Assembly: GCA_903929035.1 (NCBI GenBank)
Contig: CAIYTF010000084.1
Location: 13,938 to 77,937, forward strand
Reading direction: 5' to 3'
DNA: 64,000 nt
Origin: an uncultured Ignavibacteriales bacterium
GTDB taxonomy: Bacteria; Bacteroidota; Ignavibacteria; Ignavibacteriales; Ignavibacteriaceae
Shown here: one piece after another, positions 29,050-37,021 of the stretch
Layout: each line of letters begins with the position of its first letter
Numbering within the stretch: the stretch's first letter is position 1
The notes under the pieces: model-generated
What the model was told of the DNA's origin: nothing
What the model saw: only the letters and a program-made list of their open reading frames with translations
The model's database searches: none
Program-made: the position numbers and the translations under genes

Positions 29050-30588
29050 CTACCTATTTTCAGGACCAAAGGAATTATCATAACCGATAACGCCCATTTC
29101 AGGCATATCCAATCCGTCCATTTCGTCTTGAGCCGGTGTTCTGATACCTCCGAAGAATTTATCTTGGATCTTGAAGAATCCGTACATCATAACAAATACA
29201 AATACGATACAGGTCGCGATACCGATAATTTGAGCAAAGAATTGTCCTGAATCACCGTAGAAAAGTCCTTTAACTGTTCCAGGCACACCATTCCATCCAT
29301 CGCCATAAGCACCATCTGCAAAGAGACCTAATGAAAGAACACCCCAGGCACCATTTACACCGTGTACTGCTATTGCTCCCACCGGATCATCGATCCGCAA
29401 TTTTTGGTCGATGAAAAATACAGCCAAAATTACTAATACTCCGGAGACAGCACCAATAAAGAAAGCTGATTGTGCATTCACGAAAGCGCAAGGAGCAGTG
29501 ATTGCCACCAAGCCTGCAAGCATTCCGTTTGCCATCATACTTGGATCAGGTTTCTTGAATTTCCACATCATATATAGTGTTGCTGTGAATGCTCCTCCGG
29601 CGGATGCAATCATAGTATTCACTGCCACCACGCTAATTCGTAAATCGGTTCCGGCGAGTGTTGAGCCGGGGTTAAACCCGAACCAGCCGAATGCCAAGAT
29701 GAAAGTTCCAACTATTGCCAACGGAATATTGTGACCGGGAATTACATTAGCACTTCCGTCTTTATTGTATTTACCGATACGAGGTCCGATAACAAGTGCT
29801 CCTGCAAGTGCCGCTACACCGCCAACCAAGTGAACTACCGAGGAACCGGCAAAGTCAACCAGACCGTGTCCTAATCCAAAATTTGTTCCTAAACCTGCAA
29901 GCCATCCTCCGCCCCATACCCAGTTGCCAAAAATAGGATATACGAACATCGAAATGAAGAATGCATAGAAAAGAAACGATGTAAATTTCCATCTTTCAGC
30001 CATCGCGCCGGTAGGAATTGTCGCGGTAGTATCCATAAACACCATTTGAAATAAGAATAGGGTGAACACACCAACATCATATACAGATGGGTTGAGGAAA
30101 TATCCGCCATTGCCAATGATACCAAACACTTTCCCAAACAAAGGAATGGTGATTTCGTTGGTTAAGCCCGGGGTTCCGCCTAAAGCGGCAACCGCTCCAA
30201 CTCCGCCAAACATAAAGGCAAAGCCGCAAATCCAGAAGCCAAGTACGCCAATCGCGTAAACCAAGAAGTTCATACCCATTGTATGAGCCACGTTTTTTGC
30301 GCGGGTGAACCCTGTTTCAACGGCGGCAAAACCAGCCTGCATAAACATAACCAAGAATCCGGCAAGAAGCGTCCAGACAAAGTTTATTGATATTTTATTG
30401 TGTCCGACAGCGTTTCCCAACTCTGTCAGTGTTATTGCTCCTTTGGTGGTATCTTTAATGTCCAGAATTGTACCTGTGTTTGCGCCTGTGGGGTCGGTAC
30501 CAGCAAACACATTAGACGGGACAAGAACCATTATTCCCAAAGCGAATAGAGCAAGTAAGAGAATGTACCTTGTTTTTGCGCGTTTCAT
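29050..30588 (-). CDS. amt: Ammonium transporter (Amt family) with signal peptide
   Basis: Amt motifs AMAERWKF, DFAGSSVVHLVGG, HGVNGAWG; about 11 TM segments. Confidence 0.9.
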   Translation of the reverse strand: MKRAKTRYILLLALFALGIMVLVPSNVFAGTDPTGANTGTILDIKDTTKGAITLTELGNAVGHNKISINFVWTLLAGFLVMFMQAGFAAVETGFTRAKNVAHTMGMNFLVYAIGVLGFWICGFAFMFGGVGAVAALGGTPGLTNEITIPLFGKVFGIIGNGGYFLNPSVYDVGVFTLFLFQMVFMDTTATIPTGAMAERWKFTSFLFYAFFISMFVYPIFGNWVWGGGWLAGLGTNFGLGHGLVDFAGSSVVHLVGGVAALAGALVIGPRIGKYNKDGSANVIPGHNIPLAIVGTFILAFGWFGFNPGSTLAGTDLRISVVAVNTMIASAGGAFTATLYMMWKFKKPDPSMMANGMLAGLVAITAPCAFVNAQSAFFIGAVSGVLVILAVFFIDQKLRIDDPVGAIAVHGVNGAWGVLSLGLFADGAYGDGWNGVPGTVKGLFYGDSGQFFAQIIGIATCIVFVFVMMYGFFKIQDKFFGGIRTPAQDEMDGLDMPEMGVIGYDNSFGPENR

Positions 30589-30624
30589 ATTTATCCTTTT
30601 CTTTTATGATAGATTTATTAGTTT

Positions 30625-30661
30625 GAATGATTTCAAATCGTTCATACCCACGCGAGGGTAT
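30625..30661. promoter_or_regulatory. Two adjacent palindromes in the amt 5' region (candidate operator or leader hairpins)
   Basis: GAATGATTT-C-AAATCGTTC (8/9 symmetric) is immediately followed by ATACCC-acgcga-GGGTAT. Both lie 37-73 nt upstream of the amt start. Confidence 0.35.
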
Positions 30662-30918
30662 AAATCGTTTCATTTATTTTTTACCTTATTTATTAAGTGA
30701 ATTATAATGTAATTCATTAAATAATTAGGATTACTGACTGCAATATATAAATAATTAAGTAACAGTGCAAGTATTTTGATAATAAATTAGTAAAAAAATC
30801 TATTCCGCCTTAGTTTATTAGGTGTGGTTACTTTGAATAGTAATCCATTATGTTAAAAAGCAATTGCTAAAGATTGGAAAATATATGATTATTGCAGAAA
30901 CATTACTTTTAAATATCA

Positions 30919-31896
30919 ATGAACATAATAGACAGAATAACCGCTAAAACACGGATCAATCAATTCGCATCAAACAGAATACCTTTTATTGTTATTATCA
31001 ATTTCGAGGTTGATGAAATATATGTTGAGCGGCTTAGTACATTGAACAGCGTGAATATATTATATGATTTTAAAGGGAAAACTAATTTCACTGTTCAATC
31101 GGCTATCACGGAAATACAATTACAGTCTTATCCTGAATCGTTCGCGGTTTATTATGAAAAATTTGCTAAAGTTAAAGAGGCATTAAATGAAGGGGATACA
31201 TATCTATTAAACCTGACTTCTAAAACACGGGTAAAAACGCATTCTTCATTGCAGAATATTTTTTTCGCGGCAAAAGCAAAGTATAAGTTGTGGGTGGAGG
31301 ATAAGTTCGCGGTTTTTTCACCGGAAACATTTATTGAAATAAAAGATAATAAAATATTCACGTATCCGATGAAGGGTACTATTAATGCAGCTATTCCGGA
31401 TGCAGAAAAAGTAATACTTGATAACTTAAAAGAAACCGCGGAACAAGTAACTATAGTGGATTTATTAAGAAATGATTTGAGTATTGTTTCGCGTAACGCG
31501 CGCGTTCATCGTTTCAGGTTTATTGATAAAATCATAACCCGAGAAAAAGAAATTATTCAGGTAAGCTCTGAAATTGCCGGTGATCTTACCGCTGATTATC
31601 GACAGCATCTGGGTGACATATTGTTTAGTCTCTTACCGGCAGGAAGCATCTCAGGGGCACCTAAAAAACGTACTGTTGAATTGATTCGAGAAATAGAAGG
31701 TATAGAGCGAGGTTTCTATACAGGTATTTGCGGTATCTTTGATGGTGAAAATTTTGACAGCTGCGTGCTTATACGATTTATTGAAAAAACCCAAAGCGGA
31801 TTGTTTTTCAGGAGCGGCGGCGGTATTACACATTTGAGTAATGCCGAGGAAGAATACAAAGAAATGATCGAGAAGATATATGTCCCTGTTACTTGA
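30919..31896 (+). CDS. pabB: Aminodeoxychorismate synthase component I, short form (chorismate-binding domain only)
   Basis: Chorismate-binding motifs PAGSISGAPKKRT and ERGFYTGICGIF; only 325 aa. Confidence 0.7.
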   Translation: MNIIDRITAKTRINQFASNRIPFIVIINFEVDEIYVERLSTLNSVNILYDFKGKTNFTVQSAITEIQLQSYPESFAVYYEKFAKVKEALNEGDTYLLNLTSKTRVKTHSSLQNIFFAAKAKYKLWVEDKFAVFSPETFIEIKDNKIFTYPMKGTINAAIPDAEKVILDNLKETAEQVTIVDLLRNDLSIVSRNARVHRFRFIDKIITREKEIIQVSSEIAGDLTADYRQHLGDILFSLLPAGSISGAPKKRTVELIREIEGIERGFYTGICGIFDGENFDSCVLIRFIEKTQSGLFFRSGGGITHLSNAEEEYKEMIEKIYVPVT

Positions 31897-32500
31897 AACT
31901 ATTAGATGCCGGAACGGGGTGCTTGAAAATCTAAAATATCACGAAGAAAGATTGAACAAAAGTAGAGAGATATTATTTAATTCAACAGACAGACTTTCTA
32001 TTATGTCATTTCTTTCCCACTATGAAATTCCAAAGCAAGGTCTGTATAAGTGCCGAATAATTTATGAACAACAATTTTTTAATGTTGAATTTGATCAATA
32101 TCAGCGCAAAGAAATATCTTCAATTGGGATTGTATATTCAGATTCAATTGAATACCATCATAAATTCGCGGATAGAAGCAAGCTGCAATCACTGCTGGAA
32201 TATTCCGGCAAAGATGAAATAATTATTGTAAAAAACGAATTAATTACAGATACATCGTATTCAAATATAGTGTTTGTTTTAGGAACTGCCGACTCTTGTG
32301 ATGCAAATTCCCTCATAACTCCCCGCGCTCCGCTCTTGCAAGGAACACAACGGCAAAAGCTGCTTGATGAAAAAAAGATTATATTAGGTGATGTTGGTGT
32401 TAAAGATTTAGTTAATTTTAGGGGAATGATTTTGATTAACTCAATGCTCGCTATTGGTGAAAGTCCTATTTTGCCAATAAGCATTGTGCAATTATATTGA
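31880..32500 (+). CDS. pabC: Aminodeoxychorismate lyase-like (class IV aminotransferase fold)
   Basis: 17-nt overlap with pabB; size and position fit; sequence recognition is weak. Confidence 0.5.
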   Translation: MSLLLETIRCRNGVLENLKYHEERLNKSREILFNSTDRLSIMSFLSHYEIPKQGLYKCRIIYEQQFFNVEFDQYQRKEISSIGIVYSDSIEYHHKFADRSKLQSLLEYSGKDEIIIVKNELITDTSYSNIVFVLGTADSCDANSLITPRAPLLQGTQRQKLLDEKKIILGDVGVKDLVNFRGMILINSMLAIGESPILPISIVQLY

Positions 32501-32679
32501 TTTTATAACAAAATTCTAAATATTTGTATGAGGCAGTATATGAGACCGGTACTATTTCCTTTGTTTGTAAACTTATTAGTAACATTACCATCAAAGCGGA
32601 ATACATCTGCAGCAGGGGATGAGGATCCTTTTCGCGGATATATTAAAATATAGATAAATGATTTTTCTTAAATATATGA

Positions 32680-33972
32680 TTGAGAAGCAACGGAATGATT
32701 GACCTACTGATTCTCTGTATATTATTGGTTTTTCACGGAGTATTTGCACTAATTGAGATTTCATTTATTTCGTCAAAAAAAATTAGACTGCAGGAACGCT
32801 TAAGAAAAGGGAATAAGTCAGCGGGCATTGTTTTGCGTTTACTTACTACTCCTGAAAGATTACTTTCCACAATTCAGTTTTGGATAACTGTTTTAGGTAT
32901 TGTCGCGGGTGTCTATGGCGGCGCGAGTTTTGCAAATAAAATTGAACCGTTTATCGCGCTAATACCGTTTGTCTCTGCTTATGCGATGCAGGTATCTTAT
33001 ATTTTGGTTGCATCTTTCCTGACATACCTTTCGGTAATTATCGGGGATCTCGTACCAAAATCTATTGGTTTGACTAATCCTGAAAAATTTGCAATATTCT
33101 TTGCGCGGTTTATGGTTATAGCCGAAAAAATAAGCCTGCCTGTTGTTCATATATTCAGTCTTTCGACTCGAACAATTTTAAAATTGCTAATTGTTCGCGG
33201 TAAAGATGAACCTCCGGTCACCGCGGATGAATTAAAACTGCTAATATATGAGGCAAATCAACACGGGGTATTAGAAAGCAGGGAAACAGAATATATTCAG
33301 AGTTTACTTCGATTACATAGTTTGACAGCAGCGGAAATAATGAAGCCTTTGGAGCAGATAAGCTGGATAAATTATTCTGATTCTTTTGAGACCATTCATC
33401 AAATAATTTTAAGCCGTTTGCACGCGAGATATCCTGTATATGAAGCCAATTATGACAATGTAGTTGGTATTATTTCAGCAAATGAATTTATGTCAAAATA
33501 TCACAAAAGCGGTGAATTTAAATTAGAAGAAATTCTGGATGATCCTCTAATAGTATCTTCTGAAATTGATGCAATTAAATTACTTGATCAATTTAGAATG
33601 ATGCGGAGGTATTTGGCTATTGTCGCTGATGATAACAGAGTAACTAAAGGTATTATCACGCTTCACGATCTAATTGAAACTATTGTTGGTAAACTTCCTG
33701 ATTTTTATGAAACTGAAGATGATCGATTTTATGTCAGAGATGATGGTTCGGTTCTGTTGGATGCAGATGTTACAATAGAAGAAGTAAAAAAATTATTAAC
33801 TATGGAGCCTGCTATAACCGATAACAAAACTCTAAACGTAGCAATGTATGATTACGCGGGACGTATTCCAAGAGTTGGCGATAAATTTACAATGAGCGGG
33901 TATGAGTTTGAAATTGTTGATATGGATGGGGCACGGGTTGATAAAGTGATGGCGAAAAAAATACAAGGATAG
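32680..33972 (+). CDS. CNNM/TlyC-family hemolysin-like protein (DUF21-CBS pair-CorC_HlyC)
   Basis: N-terminal 4-TM DUF21, central CBS pair and C-terminal CorC_HlyC-like GYEFEIVDMDGARVDKV. The true start is probably the ATG at 32695. Confidence 0.8.
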   Translation: MRSNGMIDLLILCILLVFHGVFALIEISFISSKKIRLQERLRKGNKSAGIVLRLLTTPERLLSTIQFWITVLGIVAGVYGGASFANKIEPFIALIPFVSAYAMQVSYILVASFLTYLSVIIGDLVPKSIGLTNPEKFAIFFARFMVIAEKISLPVVHIFSLSTRTILKLLIVRGKDEPPVTADELKLLIYEANQHGVLESRETEYIQSLLRLHSLTAAEIMKPLEQISWINYSDSFETIHQIILSRLHARYPVYEANYDNVVGIISANEFMSKYHKSGEFKLEEILDDPLIVSSEIDAIKLLDQFRMMRRYLAIVADDNRVTKGIITLHDLIETIVGKLPDFYETEDDRFYVRDDGSVLLDADVTIEEVKKLLTMEPAITDNKTLNVAMYDYAGRIPRVGDKFTMSGYEFEIVDMDGARVDKVMAKKIQG

Positions 33973-33975
33973 AAA

Positions 33976-34008
33976 GAAAAGGGTACTATGAAAATAAGTC
34001 CCCTTTTC
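33976..34008. terminator. Hairpin between convergent genes (weak terminator candidate)
   Basis: GAAAAGGG-17 nt loop-CCCTTTTC. Confidence 0.35.
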
Positions 34009-34025
34009 AATTTAATATAGCTGAC

Positions 34026-34346
34026 CTAGAAAAACTTTTGAATTCTTTGTACGATATTTTGTTTTTGGGTGTTGCCCATAATTCTGTCAACTTCTTGACC
34101 GCCTTTAAATATAATCAATGTAGGAATCGCGCGAACGCCGTATTTCATAGCTACTTGATTATTTTCATCCACATCAACTTTACCGACAAGCACTTTGCCA
34201 TCGTATTCATTCGCGATTTCTTCAATAATAGGGGCAATTGCCTTGCACGGTCCGCACCAGACAGCCCAAAAGTCTATTAACGATAATTTACCTGATAAAA
34301 GTATATCCTTTTCAAACGAATCATCGGTTACAGTGATAGGTTTCAT
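34026..34346 (-). CDS. trxA: Thioredoxin
   Basis: WAVWCGPCK active site; 106 aa. Confidence 0.95.
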   Translation of the reverse strand: MKPITVTDDSFEKDILLSGKLSLIDFWAVWCGPCKAIAPIIEEIANEYDGKVLVGKVDVDENNQVAMKYGVRAIPTLIIFKGGQEVDRIMGNTQKQNIVQRIQKFF

Positions 34347-34374
34347 ATTTTATTTCCTTAACTATTTTTTATTT

Positions 34375-35211
34375 TTATTCTTCAAAATTTAAGTTGCCGT
34401 TTTGACCAACGAAATTAACAACATCTTCACCGCCATCGGCATTAATAAGTCCGCCGGAAATCCATTCACCGCCATCACGGCAAATTAGGGATATAACTTT
34501 CGCGACATCTTCCGGAGTAGTCAATCTATTGCGTGGATTCTTTCTTCGTGCAACAGAAATCATTGATGCATTTCCGGGAATTTTTCTAAGTGCAGCGGTA
34601 TCTGTTACGCCTGCCATAATAGCAAGTACTGCAGTCTCTAAATAGCCAAGCTCTGTTGAAAGCTGGCGCACGTGTGATTCCAAAGCAGCTTTTGCCGCGG
34701 AAACAGCACCATAATAGGGAATTGCCGAGTGCCCGCCTGATGAAGTCATCGCGAAAATTCTTGATTTTTCCACGAGCATTCCGTTTGTCACTAAATCCTG
34801 AGTCCAATATACAAGTGAGTGCGCCATTACGTCAAGCGTCATTTCCATTTGAGCTTTGGATAGAGCAACCTCTCCCTCTCGCGGGATGAATGCTTTAAGT
34901 GAGCCAAACGCGAGGGAGTGGATGAGAACTTTCACTTTTGGTTTACCCCCTGTATGTGATAAGAACGCTTTTAGCACTTCTTTTCTTTTCACTTCATCGG
35001 CTGCATTGATATTATAAAACAGTGCCTCTACGCCGTGAGATTTTATATCAGTTATTATAGCTTCAACATTAGGAAGTGTTGCGGCACGGTCAAGGTGTAC
35101 ACCGAGAATGTTATATCCATCCGCGGCAAGCTGCTTTGCAGCTGCTCCGCCGAATCCGGAAGATGCACCGAGAACCAATGCCCAATATTGACTATTGTTC
35201 GAATTATCCAT
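34375..35211 (-). CDS. SDR-family oxidoreductase with enoyl-ACP-reductase-type Y-x6-K signature (FabL/FabI-like)
   Basis: LVLGASSGFGGAAA Rossmann motif. YYGAVSAAK gives Y-x6-K rather than the classical SDR Y-x3-K. Confidence 0.45.
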   Translation of the reverse strand: MDNSNNSQYWALVLGASSGFGGAAAKQLAADGYNILGVHLDRAATLPNVEAIITDIKSHGVEALFYNINAADEVKRKEVLKAFLSHTGGKPKVKVLIHSLAFGSLKAFIPREGEVALSKAQMEMTLDVMAHSLVYWTQDLVTNGMLVEKSRIFAMTSSGGHSAIPYYGAVSAAKAALESHVRQLSTELGYLETAVLAIMAGVTDTAALRKIPGNASMISVARRKNPRNRLTTPEDVAKVISLICRDGGEWISGGLINADGGEDVVNFVGQNGNLNFEE

Positions 35212-35333
35212 TGAGTTGATAGTTTCCTTAATTAATTCTTTGATTATAACTTTCGATAATACAAAATTGTGAGGTTTCTTGCAAAAATGTTTGATGTTGT
35301 TACGCGTATATCTTGGAATTTAATTTAGAACCA

Positions 35334-35354
35334 TTCTCACGCGAAAACCGCGAA
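35334..35354 (+). repeat. Copy of the short GC-rich palindromic core TTCTCACGCGAAAACCGCGAA
   Basis: Matches 25696..25716 and the cores of the MITE-like copies; intergenic. Confidence 0.55.
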
Positions 35355-35494
35355 TATTTTTGGTGAAAACCAAATTATACCAAACCGACAACAAGATAAT
35401 CAGAAAACTAAAAGCAACGGGATACATATAAATTGGTTCTCCCCTTGGAGATTGGCGTTTGTTATGACTTATTTTTATTCACTCCTTATCTTTA

Positions 35495-36040
35495 TCAGTG
35501 AACTCTATGCTCTTTCTCTTTAAGTTCGTCTTTCGGCGGTTTGCGACCAAATATCTCGACCAAAATCGGTTTGAACTTTTCTTTTTGTTCGGGAGTGCAT
35601 ATTGATAGAATATCAGTGAAATGCTTAAAGCGTATCATTTCCACCATTGATTGCAATTCACCAATTTCCTTGCTTTTTGCAGCCACGAGAGCAGTATCCG
35701 GATTTTGATTGAATATCTCTTCAGCTATTTCTTTCTTTAAGATAGTTAAACGATCATTATACTCCCGAGACTGCTCAAGTTGATTATCCCGCGTTTTTCC
35801 GATCCAAACAGCCTGTGAATCAGTTAGATTTAGAACCTCTTTCATTAAATTAACCGATTCGGACATTCGATAACCACTGTTATTTTGCCGCGGTTCATCT
35901 TTCGTAAATGTCTGCATCCACAAAATTGAAAGGGCAACAATATTAATAAAAAATAAAATCACTATCATCCAGTTTTTGAATCTGTTTTGATTTACAATGT
36001 CCATTTTGCTCTTTCTAAAAAATACTTGGCGAATGCTCAA
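35495..36040 (-). CDS. Membrane-anchored Spy/CpxP-family periplasmic protein (LTxxQ motifs)
   Basis: N-terminal TM helix, LNLTDSQ and CTPEQKEKF motifs; third gene of the ECF sigma unit. Confidence 0.55.
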   Translation of the reverse strand: MSIRQVFFRKSKMDIVNQNRFKNWMIVILFFINIVALSILWMQTFTKDEPRQNNSGYRMSESVNLMKEVLNLTDSQAVWIGKTRDNQLEQSREYNDRLTILKKEIAEEIFNQNPDTALVAAKSKEIGELQSMVEMIRFKHFTDILSICTPEQKEKFKPILVEIFGRKPPKDELKEKEHRVH

Positions 36041-36335
36041 ACTGAAAATCCGCTTTCATTTCTCTGACAAGTTTTTCCCGCGTATTGTGTTTTGCATTCC
36101 ATTCAAAATAATAAACCATAGTTACTAGATTAATTATAATAATGGCAAATAATAACGCTTGATTCAGACCTAATATCGCCTGCAAGCCTTTTTTTCGCCC
36201 ATTTGATAATTTTTTTCTCTCTTCTTCTATTCTCGTGAGCAAAAAAGGATTTTCCTCGAGAATGAAATCGTTATCAAACGATAGAAGTGTTTTTTCAACT
36301 TCTTCGGCTATTTGGTATTCTTTTTTCATATTCAT
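36015..36335 (-). CDS. Small single-pass membrane protein (possible anti-sigma component)
   Basis: Directly downstream of the ECF sigma gene; one TM helix (LLFAIIIINLVTMVYYF). No recognisable zinc-finger anti-sigma motif. Confidence 0.35.
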   Translation of the reverse strand: MNMKKEYQIAEEVEKTLLSFDNDFILEENPFLLTRIEEERKKLSNGRKKGLQAILGLNQALLFAIIIINLVTMVYYFEWNAKHNTREKLVREMKADFQFEHSPSIF

Positions 36336-36347
36336 ACTATGCCATTT

Positions 36348-36923
36348 TTACAAATGATTTTTATAATAGTTAAAAAGCTTCTTTCTCAGGTTTGTTTTTG
36401 CCCTATGAATTAGGGACTCAACCGATGATATGGTAGTATCCATTATTAAGGATATTTCTTCATAATTCATTTCGTCATACTTGCTGAGCGTAAAAGCTAT
36501 TCTCTGATTTTCCGGTAGTTTTTCAAGTGCCCTGCTCAATATTTCAGCTCTATCGCGATTCTCAAAATCTTTTTCAGGACTCATACTTATCGGCGCGGGG
36601 ATTTGTTTTTCAACTCCGCTATCGTCAAATAAACTCGTAAGTATCGCGAAACGCTTTTTTCTTTTTTGACTCTTCAATTGATTTAAGGATTTTGAAATTG
36701 CGATCCTGTAAATCCAAGTTGATAACTTAGAGTCCGCTCTAAATGTAAGTATTGATTTAAATACTTCTAAAAAGACTTCCTGAGTAACATCTTCCGCGGA
36801 CTCCCTGTTTCGTAAAAACTTATATGAACAATTCAGAACAAGTTTTTGATACTTTCCCACGACAAAACGAAAAGCAGCAGCATCTCCGCTTTTAAGTTTT
36901 TCGATTATTTCCGGATCATCCAT
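36348..36923 (-). CDS. ECF-type RNA polymerase sigma factor
   Basis: Region 2 (AEDVTQEVFLEVF, WIYRIA) and region 4 (YEEISLIMDTTISSVESLIHRAKTNLRKKL). Confidence 0.85.
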   Translation of the reverse strand: MDDPEIIEKLKSGDAAAFRFVVGKYQKLVLNCSYKFLRNRESAEDVTQEVFLEVFKSILTFRADSKLSTWIYRIAISKSLNQLKSQKRKKRFAILTSLFDDSGVEKQIPAPISMSPEKDFENRDRAEILSRALEKLPENQRIAFTLSKYDEMNYEEISLIMDTTISSVESLIHRAKTNLRKKLFNYYKNHL

Positions 36924-37021
36924 TAAAGATTGTTTCAGTACTAATTATATTTGACAACAAATTTAACAAAAACTTGCGTTACCGGAATATTACACCGAAA
37001 GAATCGTTACTTTCATTCCCC

